From Ginglymostoma cirratum (lineage: Eukaryota): a DNA stretch of 64,000 nucleotides. Below are positions 38,201 through 51,268 of this stretch, in pieces. A program made the translations under genes and the position numbers. The notes under the pieces are model-generated. The model did no database searches. It was given only the letters and a program-made list of their open reading frames with translations, and was not told the origin of the DNA. Every line of letters begins with the position of its first letter. Positions within the stretch are counted from its first letter, which is position 1. The stretch spans positions 21,294,262-21,358,261 of the forward strand of contig JAHRHZ010000029.1 in NCBI GenBank assembly GCA_024137785.1, given 5' to 3'.

Positions 38201-39145
38201 AGATCAAATTCAAGAATCTTTTGATCAATAAATTGGCTGCTAAAGTTGTTTAACACAATCTCGAGGATGAATTTACCCACCACCCATTAAATCTTCCCAC
38301 TCACCTGTGGGAAGAAAGTTACCTCTGGTCATTGCTTGTCCCTGGACTCAGGGCATGGAGAACAACAGAAACAGCACAACTCCCACCAACTTTGTTTGCT
38401 GGGCCACCCACGTATTTGATGATTATTTTGCGCCCTCTGGGCATGTTCTCTCACTCTGGGAATAAATTGGTTTAGTTCAGCATTTTACAGTAGGAAATTG
38501 GTCTGATTGAATAGTTGAGATATCCAGCAAAACACTTAGTTCTCTAATATCATGAAATCCTTTTTTAAAAGAAAAAAATTAAATTACTAAGATGATCAGG
38601 ATTCATTTCTTTTTCCTTTTAAAATTACCTTTTCTGCAGATTTTGAAATAAAATGCTTAAACAGCATAACAAAACCATGTGGTATAATGGTTTGGAAGAA
38701 CCACTAAGTTGAACAACGGAGAAATTATTCTAAGCAATATTTATAGCAAACATGTTACTAATTTGAAATTACGCTGTATGCTATTTATAATAAATAAACG
38801 AGGAAATTGTAGGAGCATTACTTATAATTTTTGAACGCTCTCTGAATTTGTGAATTGTGTTTTGGAATTTTAATATTTGTAAATTTTATTTAATTAGTTA
38901 TGAAGAGAAGGAAGGCGAGATTAGACAACTGCTGACCTGTTAGTTTTTCATCAATTGTAGGTGAAATTATTGCAATCTATCATCAGAAGCTGAGTTCAGC
39001 AATTGGACACGTACCAGCCAATCAAGGACAGAAAGCCTAAATTTGTAAATAATAAATCTGATTGTAGCTAAATTTCTAAAAGGAGGTTTCTAGCACGGTG
39101 GATAGGGTAATGTATAGCCGTTGTCTATAAAAATGATTTGATAAT

Positions 39146-39831
39146 TGTAGTGATTGTAACAAGGTCAGCCAGGTGGATCTCATAGAATATGTGTTTCGTG
39201 AATGGGGCTGCTAACCTGGTCCAATCAGGGAGCACTGGCAGACAGATATAAACAGGAGCGTGAGAGGTTCTGCTCACTCAGAGCTGGCTCTGATGAAGCC
39301 AAACCAGTGTCAAGTACTATGCATGTGTAAATAAAGGAGAATTGTTTATGAGAATGATCCCAGGAATGAAAGGCTTAACATACGAGGACTCTGGGTCTGT
39401 ATTCAATGGAGTTTAGAAGGATGAGGGGCAATCTAATTGAAACTTACAGAATACTCAAAGGCCTGGACAGAGTGGACACTGGGAAGATGTTTCCATTGGC
39501 AGGAGAGACTAGGACCTGAGGGCACAGCCTTAGAATAAAGAGAAGGCCGTTTAGAATGAAGATATGAAGAAACGTCTTCAGCCAGACAGTGCTGAATCTG
39601 TGGAACCCATTGCCTCAGACAGTGGTAGGGGCCAGGTCGTTGAGTATATTTAAGACAGAGACAGATAGGCTCTTGATTGTTAAGGGGATCAAAGGTCCAG
39701 GGAGAAAGCGGGAGAATGGGGCTGAAAAACTTATCAGCCATGATTGAATGGCGGAGCAGAAGCAATAGGCTGAATGGCCTAATTTCTGCTCCTGTGTCTT
39801 ATTGGACACTAGCCTCAGTGGAGTTATTTCA
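39146..39831 (+). mobile_element. Probable solo LTR interrupted by a CR1 insertion
   Basis: TG...CA ends; CCAATC (~39221), TATAAA (~39247) and AATAAA (~39330) in LTR order; resumes after the CR1 as GGACACTAGCCTCAGTGGAGTTATTTCA. No clean TSD. Confidence 0.55.
39345..39803 (+). mobile_element. CR1 LINE 3' fragment
   Basis: RMIPGMKGLTYE..LGLYSMEFRRMRGNLIETYRILKGLDRVD plus the 3' UTR TCAGCCATGATTGAATGGCGGAGCAG. Confidence 0.9.
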
Positions 39832-42114
39832 CTAAGGATTCAAACAAGATACTTTTACTTAAAATGAAAGGATGTAGAATTTGAAGTCACCTTGTGATAT
39901 ATGTTAGTAAATTGCTTGGATGGTAGAACAGAGGGAACAGGAACAGAGGATATACTCTCTGATTGACAGACTGTGACAAGTGCTGTTCCACAGTTATCTC
40001 TAAATGTAATATCAGAACCAACTGGTGGGTCCAAATGGCCTACCCATGTTCCTGATTTCTGATGTGATAATGTGCTTTGATACTACTGTTAGAGATAGAC
40101 AAACTGACACTGGAATAAACTAATATACATTGCTTTAATTTCATGGCACAATGAGTTCACCAACATTTCCGAGCTAACTCTCCCGTGAAATCCTTTTACT
40201 TCAATTGAAAGAAACCGCTGGTGTAAAATTGAAGGATATTAAAGATAATTCCTTGAAACCTGATTTATAAATATGCTACGGGCAAGACTTTCTTTCCGGA
40301 AGATTCTGAAATCTATTAAAGTCGCAAAGACTGCCAAGGGAATTAAACAAAGTTAGTTGATCATCCATGATGTTGATCCTGGGCAAAAACATTAACAGAC
40401 TATTAGATTTAATCTACTGTGCTATTCCATCATTATTTGTACTTTGTATGCTCCTGCTGCCAATTTACATTTTGTAAATTTCTTTCTTCTCCTCTTATAC
40501 TTGACTTGTAATCTTCCATTTACTTTTATACTCAATTATCAGTCTTTTTTGATCCCTTCTTTTGCTTAAAGTATGGTAACCTAAAAATTATATTTAATCT
40601 TCTTCATGTGTTTTCTTTTAAATCATGTAATAGTGTAAAAGCATCAACTATGATTAAAATCTTTACTAAATCAATTAATATGTCTGTTGTGCTTAGAAAA
40701 TACATGGTATAGAAGGGAGTGAATGTGAATATGAATTGAATAAGGACCAAAGAAAAGCAAACAGCACTACTGAAGTACGGACAGCAAAAAGGTTGAAGTT
40801 TATTGGGAGGAACAGCAGTGACAAGGTCGTTAGGAGGTACAACAGGGATAGGATGTTCACTATATGAGTAAGGTGAAATCTGATTTCTTGGTTATCAAAG
40901 ATTCAGAGATGTATACAGCATAGAGGGGACCACTCAGACCATTGTACTTGCCCCAGTTCTTTGAAAGATCTATCCAATTTGTTTCATATTACCCTGCCTT
41001 GTCTCCATTGAGACTGGAAACACACAACGAGATACAGACTAAATGCAATGAGGAGCATATGTTAACTTGGTGATTTGGCACTGGTTGACTATATGGTTCA
41101 GGTTTTTCTAAAGGTTTAATTCAAATTAACAATCAGATTCTAACAAACTTTAGAACTGCAAGCTAGTTAAAAAGCCTGGCATAACAGAAACAGGAAAGTG
41201 GAGTTGAGACCACAACCAGATCAGCCAATGAGTTTATTGAATGTTGAAGCATGCTTTTGGGGTAGTCTGGCCTAAGTTCTATGTTGCATGTTGCTATGAT
41301 ACAGATAATGGTAACCAGAATGTGATAGGAAGGGACTGTGTGTGCACATGTAACAGTGCATAGGCAAATACGCAGAGTTGGAAAAATGGCCTTAAATTAA
41401 CAGAGGGAGAAAAAGTCAAGGGAGATTTATAAATCCAATGATGATATTGATGGAATAGAAATGTGGAATAGAAAGAGGCAAAGAATTTATTGATAGAAGA
41501 AAATTGCAGTGGGATTCTGGACTTCTTGAAAACCCCACACCGCACCTCCCAACCTAAAAAGTCAAAGACTAACCAGCGAAGAAAATACCTGCCCTTTCAG
41601 AATAACACGCTAGAAGTGGCATTAACAGAAGTGGTTTTGAGGAGGTCCTTCCCCTTTGAAGCAGCTGGTCATTCAGATTGGTGGTAGCTCAAACAGACCT
41701 GCCAGTGGTGGAGCTCGGGGCTGGCAAGCCCACACAAAAGAGAGCCATGGACTGTGGCATGTCAGGAGTGTGGGGAGGGTATTGGGCTTACAGAAGGTGG
41801 GGTTGAAGTATAGGCAAATAGAAGGGCAAAGGAAATCATCTAAAGATCATATCCCAATCCTGCCTGACATTTGAAAAATCATTTAAAAAGTGGCGGGCCC
41901 ACTTTTGCTGGGATCAATATAGCTTTTAACAAGCTGACTTGACCTTCAATTATTTACTTACACATGGTGGTGCAGTATTGATTTCAGTTACAGCGTACCC
42001 TCCATATTGTGGGTGTGGATGGTGGGGGGGATCTCATGGGTGGGTGGCTAAATAGTGACCTAGGCATCTGCCCTATTTTACATGACCGCTCCCAATGGAG
42101 GCACATAACATGCA

Positions 42115-42310
42115 GCAACTCAGTTGGCTGCATGCCTGGATTGCAATGCAGAGTGACAACAACAGTGTGGATACACTGACTACAGTTAATACGAAGGACT
42201 CTTCTTCTCAACCACTCCCCTCACTGAGATGTGGTGATCCTCGGATTAAACCACCACCGGTTATTTGCCTCTAATGAGAGAGCAGCCCTACAATTATGGT
42301 GACTTAACCT
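42115..42310 (+). mobile_element. tRNA-derived SINE (same family as 57806)
   Basis: CTCAGTTGGCTG...ATGCAGAGTGACAACAACAGTGTGG...GGATTAAACCACCACC...TATGGTGACTTAACCT. Confidence 0.65.
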
Positions 42311-42689
42311 CGCTTTTTAATATGCAGCTCTATGTTTACAAGGTGAAAAAGGTTGGAAAATAAATTTTCCAGGGAACTCAACATTTTGAAGGGACAGGCA
42401 GAATGTCAAAGGTAGTATGGTAGCCCTGATGATAAAGGCTGTCGAAAGTTATGAGGGAGTCAGGATCTTGGCTTAGAAAGTAAGGTAATAGATTCAGTAC
42501 AAATGAAGATTAGTAATAGAAAGGATCATAAAACACTGATGAGAAAAGTCTATAGGTCCATTGATAGCAGTTAGCTATTGTATGAAACATGAAACAAGAA
42601 ATTATTGGAGATCATAACAAAGGCAACATAATAAGTAGCAGGTAATATTCTCATCACTCGCATTCCGAACAATGACCATTTCTAACGAG

Positions 42690-43205
42690 ACAGAATCTAA
42701 CAATTGCCTCTTGGTATTCAATGACATTACCGTCACTTATCTCATTTCTTGCCTTCCCAGCGCCTGCCTACTATCCTTAAGGCACAGGTCGAGAGTCTGA
42801 ATGAATACTCTGTTCTTGCCTCAACAAATGAAGTGCTAACAACACTGAAGAGGTTCCACACCATCCAAGACAAAGCTATCCACTTGATTAGCTCACAGAC
42901 TAGTTTCAACATTCAGTTCCTTCACCACCATTTGACAGTAGTAGCAGTATGTACCACATAGCTCACTGACTCTATTAACTCACCAAGCCTCCTTTGACAG
43001 TGCTTTCCAAACCTGTGCCCCTGGAACCATAACATCAGTCCTTCAATACCACTGGGTCAAAATCCTGGAACTTACTTCCTAACAACATCGTAGGTGTCCT
43101 ATACCTCAAGGACTGCGTGAATCAAGAAGGCAGCTCATCAACATCTTTTCCAGGCAATTAGGGATGGCAAATAAATGTTGGTCTGGCTAGTGATACCCAC
43201 ATTCG
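42690..43205 (+). mobile_element. L2/CR1-group LINE 3' end
   Basis: Degenerate PSQRLPTILKAQVESLNEYSVLA...TLKRFHTIQDKAIHLI and KSWNLLPN; tail GGCAATTAGGGATGGCAAATAAATGTTGG. Confidence 0.75.
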
Positions 43206-46007
43206 ATACTAGTAGAAAGGAAATGTTGTGGGGAGCCTTTAATTTGATTGGAACAATCAAATTGGTAAAAGTGGTCTAGAAGATGAGTTCATAGAATGGT
43301 GTTGTGATAATTTCTTGGAGCAGTATGAATGGAACTAACTGGGGATAAAACTATGTTAGATCTAGTATTATGAGATGAGGTAGGGTTAATTAATAAAAGT
43401 AGTAGAATGACAGTAAAAGATCCATTGGGAAATTGTTATCATGATTCAGTTGAATTCCAAATATTGGAATTGATGAATTCCAAACACAAACAAGAATTTT
43501 CACAGCTTAAAAAAAGCAAATTGCATAGTAATGAGATGAGCATCTACTAAGGTTGATTGAGTAAATAGACAAAAAAAAAGGCAGCAAATAAAATAACTCA
43601 AAGCATAAAGAAACAATCCAAAACATTCAAAAACAGAAGCTCAATGCAAAAGATCTATCTATGGTTCACTATGAAGGTCAGGGACAGTATTTAATTAAAA
43701 GAAGACATTGTAGTGGAAATAATACTTCTGATGCTCCCTGACTTGTCTTGTTAACCAATTTAATGGTACAATGTTAGAATTTGTGAGACTGTCATATCAA
43801 GAATTTCTGATGGTTGTGCTCATTTAATTTGTATAATGTGTAGTGGAGCATTCATATAAAAAAAAGTCCTGAGTGTGATTCTAGTGCCACTGGCTACTCC
43901 TTCCTATGGCATGTGAGTTGGGAGTCAATGGCATTTTACCAGCTGCTGGTCTTAGTGAATCTGATGATTTAACAGTGGGATTGCTGTTATCAGTAGTATC
44001 ACAATGTGGTGACACTAGCACAGTGTAAAATCAATAGGAATCAATATTAGTGAGTTAAATAGTCCTAGTGCATGCACTAAACCTGCCTTTTTTAATATTC
44101 CTAATTCATAGTTTCTTTGTCAGCCATAGTTTGGTTCTTTTCAAATTTATTATTGCCCATCCAGGCTTGAGATCAGTTAAATGTTACCTTTAGTTGATAC
44201 CTTGGTGCACAAAAGCATCCCAGGGTGATCAACTTTGCTTGGCATGCACAGTCAAGAAGAAAATTTCAGTGTGGGAAATTGTGGGTTTGGAATTCCACCT
44301 TGCCACTCTGAGGTGCAGTGTTTTGGAACTGTTAGAACATTGCATCATGCTGCAGAGACTTTGGGTGAGAATAGAAGCGTTCTCAGCTGTGATGTTCTGG
44401 AGTCAAATAGCCTGCCGGCACTCAATGTCTAGACTCTTACATACTTGGCTAAGGTACTGGAGGGCAACGAATGTCTTAGAGCCATACACTAGCAAGAATC
44501 AGTGCCTTCAGGAGAGGAGGGAAGAAACGTAGAAGAGGAAAAATATACACATATGGACAGTATTGCGAAAACGTTTAGAAAACTGAGGTTTACTTATATC
44601 TGTTGGCATTACGCCATTGACTATATCTGTTGCCACTATGCATTAATGCCACAAATATTGTAACATTCAGACTAAGTTGAAACAGATATGTGAACGGAAA
44701 TATACATCAATCAAACTAATTGCCCAAGTCTGAAAAAAACTGTTAGATTACAAATGTTATTCAAACTTTTGCCTCAAGAATTTTGCGCTATTGTTTTTGG
44801 TGTACACTTTTGGCACACTGTGGTGGCCTGCTGTCCAAGGCTGCAATCCTATCATGCTATCATTTTGATTTTCATGATATCTTATTCCTTAATATTTAGA
44901 CACTTCATTCCTTAAGCTCTAGTTCAAGGAGTTGGACCAAATGGTCTGTTTCCATGCTGTACAGCTCTATGATTCTATGAATAATGCATTCGACTGAAAC
45001 CTAAAAATAATTAGTTTATCAATTACTTTTCACAAGCAGTGCTAATTGTCACTATTAAAGGATTAACATGAAAATTAACACTGGTTCTTCAGTGCAATTT
45101 ACTTAAGCTTTCAATCAAGAAGATTAAAAAATATTTTTGTCAGTTTGTGCTCTCCATCAAGGTGTTAGTGTTAGCATTGGCATCCAGGATCAGAAGCTAG
45201 CACTCTCATGTCAGATGTAGCAGACATAAAATTCTGGAACTACAACAGAAGGGGATCACTTACACTGAAAGTTTTATACAGTAGTTTCCATTTTTCTGAC
45301 ACTTGGCATTCATTTTTTACATTTTTAATTTTAAAAATGTATTCAACCACTCTCCTTTTCAAAACTGTTACCTATTCTTTTTAAAATCCACCACTTCTCT
45401 TCATACTTCCTAATATGTTCTTTTTGATCTCAGCATCCATTTCTGTCTGATTATGCCTCTATGAAGTGCCTTGGGATATTGGTCTATGTTAAAAGTGCGT
45501 CATAATTATGGGTCATTGTTGCTTCCACCACTGTTTATGGTATGTCCTATCATATCTCTGTTGAAAAAAATCTTCTAACCTCCTCATTTTTTTTGACAAT
45601 GGTCTTCAGTTTATTCTTTTTAGCTTCGAACCCATTGGCCAGTGGAAATAGTTTGTCCCTAACTATCCTTCAATATTTTGAGGATTTCTGCTGTATCACT
45701 CTTAAATTTATCCGTTCTAGTTCTGCAAAGTATTTACTTAATTTATTTTCATACTGACAAACTTTATCATAACAAATTGGTTCTGATTCCTCTCTCTGAT
45801 CTTGATATCCTTTCCAGAGTGCCCAAAACTGGCCAAATCTTTTCTTAACTGTGAATTTACTAATGGTAAGTTTTAGCATAAAGCCTTTTACTTTTGTACT
45901 ATATGGCATTATTTAAAAAGTTTATTCAACACTGAAGTAAGGGTGACAGTTAACCAAATTGTCTCTTTTTCTCTCTAGAACAGATAACTTGCATTAATAA
46001 CTTCTTG

Positions 46008-46137
46008 GAGATAGTAGGAACTGCCGATGCTGGAGAATCTGAGATAAAACATTGTGGAGCTGGATAAACACAGCAGGCCAAGCAGCATCAGAGGAGCAGG
46101 AAAGCTGACGTTTCGGGTCGAGACCCTTCTTCAGAAA
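46008..46137 (-). mobile_element. Penelope-like terminal repeat with intact minimal hammerhead core
   Basis: Reverse complement CTGAAGA-A-GGGT-CTCG-ACCC-GAAA-CG-TC (46134-46107). Flanked by TAATAACTTCT (45995-46005, 46153-46163). Confidence 0.85.
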
Positions 46138-47069
46138 AAGAAGTAATAACTATAATAACTTCTCATTTCCCAATGCAACATCAGTATGATTGAAAGATGT
46201 CAGAAACCGAAACTGTTCGCTTTCAGATCATCTTCAGATGTGGTCAGGGTGCAGTTTTTCTTCCAGTTGGAGTTTAACCAATCCATCGTTAAGAACTATA
46301 TACCAATAGTTATCTACAGCCGAAAGGACAACCTCAGTCTACTCTGTTCTAAAAACGTATTGTAAAAACAGTAACTGCAGCAAATACTCAACAATTCTGG
46401 CAGCAACTGTGGAGACAGAAATGGAAGGCTGGATAATATATTGCCAGCAGGATGCATATTCAGCAGGCATTACATAAATAGGACAGGTGCCAGCTGATCA
46501 CCTTGTAACCCACCCTCCAGCTCATCCCTATTATAGATGGGTGCTGAAATTGCCCACCAGATGCACGTAAATAATTAAAGGTCACATGAGCTTGTTTAAT
46601 GTCAACTGACCTCAATATTATTCTGTTCATGTCATGAAATGGTTGCATGTGCAACCAATGGCAGTGGATTTTTTTTTAAAGTGTGAAAAAGAAGGGGGTT
46701 ATCATCTTTGGGGGGGGTCCCTTTGTGCATCAGGCTTAACCCCCAATTCCCCACAGAAGAAAATAGCTCCTTCTTTCCTTACCTATCAACCATTTAGAAA
46801 CTTTGAAATTCATTAAACCCTCCTAGCCCAATGCCCTTATTCACCTAGGTCCAGGATCCCATTGGGCCTTCATCCTTGAACTGGTTGCAGTGTCGGAAGA
46901 TTGGCTGATAGTTCCAGAGGGGAAGATGTCCACTCACTGATTGAACTCCTAAATATGCACTAATTTAGCATGCCCACAGCCTGATATGGCTCAAAGTCTG
47001 GAGATTGGCCATCAAACTTCCTCCACCAACTTCTGTACACTTGTGTTCAGTGTAAAGAGTTCAAGTCCT

Positions 47070-47173
47070 ATTCTCTCCACGGATGTGGCCAGACCTGCTG
47101 AGTTTTACCAGCATTTCATGTTATAATTTCAGATTTCCAGCATCAGCAGTATTTCCAGCAGTATTTTGCTTTT
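47070..47173 (+). mobile_element. Penelope-like terminal repeat fragment
   Basis: TTCTCTCCACGGATGTGGCCAGACCTGCTGAGTTTTACCAGCATT...TTTCAGATTTCCAGCATC. Confidence 0.7.
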
Positions 47174-47639
47174 ATCCAAACAATACGCTTTCATTTCAGA
47201 TTGGGGAATCAACCACCTTTACAGTGGTGCAAGTTTTCCATTTCCCATTAAATGTCAAACTAAGGGCATTTTTATGCTGTGGTTTGTGACAAATAATGAT
47301 TCACTTCCCATACCGCCCTTACAATCAGTAAAGGAAGGAAACTTTCATCCCATTTCAGCATGAACTAAATTTAAATGGAGATCACAGAGGTGAGAGAATT
47401 GAGGTTAGCCCCAATCAAACTGACGTAATTTGTTCTGTTGACTTCCAAAATAATTATTGAATTAAATGATTTCATAGACCAATAACGATCTCTGTTAGAA
47501 ACCATGCTGCTGATTTTACCAATTGCACAATAGTTCTTGTGAATAGGTGCAGTGTTCTTCCGTGAGGTCCCAGACTCCCAACAAAGTAAGTTTGTGTTAA
47601 GCTATTTAATACAGGCAGAAATTTATAACATTTCTACAT

Positions 47640-48195
47640 CAAAATAAAAGTAGAAAATTCTTGCTAACACTATACAAGGCAGAACAGCTAGAATATTGTG
47701 AATATTTTGGTCCCCTTATCAAAGAAAAGGTATACTGGCATTGGAGGCAGTTTAGAGAAAGTTCACTTGGTTGATCTGAGTATGGATGGATTTTCATATG
47801 AGGAGAGCTTGAGTAGGTTGGGCTTGTATCCATTGGAGTTTAAAAGAATGAGAGGTGACTTTACTGAAACATTTAAGATTCATAGGGGATTTGACAGGAT
47901 TGATGTGGAAATGTTGTTTCCTGTTGTAAGACAGTCTAAGGGCACAGGACATACCCTTAGAATGACGGTTCACCCATTTAATGCAGAAATTAGGAGGAAT
48001 TTTCTCAGTGTGGTGAAAAGTGTATTCAAAGATGACAGAGGCAGATTTTTAATCAGTAGGTGAATCAAGGGTTATGGGGATAAGGCAATAAAGTGGAGTT
48101 GTGGATTATCAGATTGGCCATGATCTTATTGACCACCAGAGCAGACTTAATGGGGCGATGGCCTATTCAATTGCTTCATCTTATGGTCTTATCTT
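47640..48195 (+). mobile_element. CR1 LINE 3' fragment
   Basis: MDGFSYEESLSRLGLYPLEFKRMRGDFTETFKIHRGFDRIDVEMLFP plus CR1 3' UTR. Confidence 0.88.
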
Positions 48196-48379
48196 CCTAT
48201 GTGCTCTCTCTCTCTCTCACCCCTAACCCTGACAAACAAATCCTATACGCCTACTGTGTTGCCTACTCAGTCACTGGGGACACCCACCTCACTTGCCAAT
48301 ATTTATCTTCCACCATACCTGCCTCTCTCTTATTCCAGAAGGATGACAATGATGGACAGCATAAACAGTATAGCTGGTG

Positions 48380-48676
48380 GTGGTGGTGGTGTGTTACAGA
48401 TCACACAAGGAGGTCAAAGTTACAGTGGCAGCATATATGTTGTATTCTGGAGCTATGGGCAGTGCTGGTAGAACTTCCAACTTTCTCTTCATCACATGGC
48501 TCTTTCTTGGCAGAAGAGATACACTACTTGCCAATGGGTTGTGTTGGAAAGTTGATAATTAGCCTGTTTGGTCTATGATATAAATATACCTTCCTTGGCT
48601 ATCAAGTCACTGGGGAGACTCAAACCCAGAGCATCTGACTAAGAGGCTGGGACCCTACCCACTGCGCCACAAGACC
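48380..48676 (-). mobile_element. tRNA-derived SINE
   Basis: Minus-strand head GGTCTTGTGGCGCAGTGGGTAGGGTCCC...GGGTTTGAGTCTCCC (A and B boxes). A related head lies on the plus strand at ~59583-59680. Confidence 0.55.
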
Positions 48677-49167
48677 CTTCAGTAGTATAGACAGAAGCTA
48701 AAAATTACAAGATAGTAACAAATATCTGTGCTCGTCTCATTGTGGCCTCTTGCACATTCCCAGTCAGAACTCCTCACTATGACCATATCTTCATATCTGC
48801 TTAGGCCCAAACAGTCTGTAACTCCTTCCCTTCAGCTCTCCGCCTCTCTCCCTCATTTTCTTCCTTTAAGACCCTTTTTAAAATGTTGCTCTTTGGCCAT
48901 GCTTTTGGTCATCTGACCTAATATTTCCTTGTGTGGCTTGGTGTCACACTTTGTTTTATAATGTGCTGATTTTTAGATGTATTCACGGAAGATGTGTGTT
49001 GCTGGCAAGGCCAGGGCTTATTGTCCATATCTAAATGCTCTTAAGAAAGTGATGATGAGCTGCTTTCTTCAACTGCTGCAGTCCATGTGGTGTATGTATA
49101 TAAACAGTGTTGTTGTAGAGGAAGTTCCAGGATCTTGACACAATGTCAGTGAAGAAGCTACAATAGA

Positions 49168-49495
49168 AAGGAGAGATAGTGGCATAATGTCGCTGAACTA
49201 CTAATCCCAGGCTAATATTCTGGAGCCTGAGTTCAAATTCCACTAGGTAGATGGTGAAAGTCAATTACAATCTGGAATAAAAACCAGCCTAATGGTAACC
49301 ATGTTTGTTGATTGTTCCATTGTTGTAAAAAGCCACCTGATTCACTAATTTGCTTTCCTCACCTGATCCGGTCTATGTGTTACTTTCAGAATAACAGCAA
49401 TGTGCTTGAGTCTTAAGCGCCTTATAGGCAATTAGAAATGGGCAATAAATGCTGACCTGGGCTGCGATACCTGCGTTACATAAACAAATTTAAAA
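49168..49495 (+). mobile_element. tRNA-derived SINE nested in a minus-strand LINE tail (~48980-49590)
   Basis: GTGGCATAATG...CTAATCCCAG...GAGTTCAAATTCC...TGTTGTAAAAAGCCACCTGATTCACTAAT...GGCAATTAGAAATGGGCAATAAATGCTG. Confidence 0.7.
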
Positions 49496-49619
49496 AGAGT
49501 CACAAGGACATTTGGCTTGCAGGAAAACTTTCAGGTCATAATGTTTCAAAGTATCTGCCGCCCTGCCCTTCTAGGTGTAAAGAATGTTTCATGATATTAA
49601 AGGCACAATAATAATTACA

Positions 49620-50520
49620 AGTTGTTGTTGTAATAGATTAAGTGAATGTGGAAGATCTAGCAAATGAACATGGAATATAGGCAAATGGGAGGTCATCTTA
49701 CCTAAACGGGATTGATCAGAATACTTTCTAAATGGTGAAAAGCCACAAGTGGATGTCAAAAGAAACTTAGGTTTCCATGTGAATAGGTTATTCAAAAATC
49801 ATGCAAAGGTACAAAAATAAATCAAACATGTTAAGGCAGTGCTGGTCTTTATATCTCTGGGACTTGAACGTAAGAGAGTAGAAAGTCCTGCTGGAGCTAT
49901 ACAGGGCATAGCTAGACAACACCTGGTGGTACTGTGTTCAATTCTAGGCACTACACGTGAGAAAGAAAAGCAGAAATTGCTGGAAAAGCTCAGCATCTGT
50001 GGAGAGAAATCAGAGTTAACATTTCGGGTCGAGTGTCCTTTCCTGGGGAAGGATTCATTGGTCAGTGCAGTAGATACATTAGAACAATGCCTGAACTAAA
50101 TGGTTAAACTATAAGTAGTAAAGTTATATTTGCTGGAATTTAGAATATCAAGACATGATTTGAATAAAATTTTCAAGGTATCGAGAAAAATTGAAAGCAT
50201 AGATAGAAAGAAACTGTTTCCTCTGGCCGGGGAGTGTAGGTTTCAGGGACATAGCCTAAAAATTAAAGCTAGGTCTTTTAGAAATGCAGTTAGGAAATGC
50301 CTCCACATATGTGGTAGACGTTAAGAACGCTCTTTTGCAAATAGTAATTAATTCTGCATTAATCATAAATTTTCCATCTGAGACTGATAGATTTATATTT
50401 AATAAAATTATTAAGATATGTGGGACTAAAACAGCTAAGCAGTTCGGTTGCACATCAACCATAATCTCATTGACTAGGGAAACAGGCTCAAGGAGCTAAG
50501 GTGCTAACTCCTTTTCATTT
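49620..50520 (+). mobile_element. Old CR1 LINE with a nested Penelope repeat (~49960-50045, minus)
   Basis: LEFRISRHDLNKIFKVSRKIESIDRKKLFPLAGECRFQGHSLKI. A further Penelope repeat lies at ~50560-50645. Confidence 0.75.
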
Positions 50521-50741
50521 AGAATATGAAGAGATTAAGGAATTAAGCATTAAGACGAGTAAAAACTGAAAATGCTGGAAATAGCATCTGTGGAGAGAGA
50601 TATAGAGTTAACAATTCACACATGATAGCTTTTCATCGGAACAGTTCTTAAGCAGTTAGGAATACTTCACAGTGATGTTCAAAATCATGAAGGGTTTTGA
50701 CAGAGTAAACAAGAGAAACTGTGCAGTGGCAGAAGGGTTGG

Positions 50742-51268
50742 TTCTGGTCTCTTTGCTAGACGAAGGATGTTGTGAACCTTGAAAAGATCCAGAAAAGATT
50801 TACAAGGATGTTGCCAGAGTTGGAGGGTTTGAGCTATAGGGAGAGGCTGAATAGGCTTGGGCTATTTTCCTTGGAGCGTTCGAGGCTGAGGGGTGACCTT
50901 ATTGAGGTTTATCAAATCATGAGGGGCATGGATAGGGTGAATAGCCAAGGTCTTTTCCCCAGGGTAGGGGAGTGCAAAATTAGAGGGAATAGGTATAATC
51001 TGAGAGGGAAAAAATTTTTAAAGAGAACAAAGGAGCAACTATTTCATGCAGAGGGTGGTGAGTGTATGGACTGAGCTGCCAGGCAAAATCATGGAGGCTG
51101 GTACAATTACAACATTGAAAAGGCATCTGGATGGATACTTGAATAGGAAGGGTTTACAGGGATGTGGACCAAATGCTGGCAAATCGGACTAGATTAATTT
51201 AAGATATCTAGTCAGCATGGAAGGTTTGGACTGAAGGATCTATTTCCATGCTGTGTAAGTCTATGACT
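50742..51268 (+). mobile_element. Younger CR1/HER1 LINE 3' end
   Basis: LEKIQKRFTRMLPELEGLSYRERLNRLGLFSLERSRLRGDLIEVYQIMRGMDRVNSQGLFPRVGE; tail ending CTATGACT. Nested in an older CR1 (~50670-51545). Confidence 0.92.
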
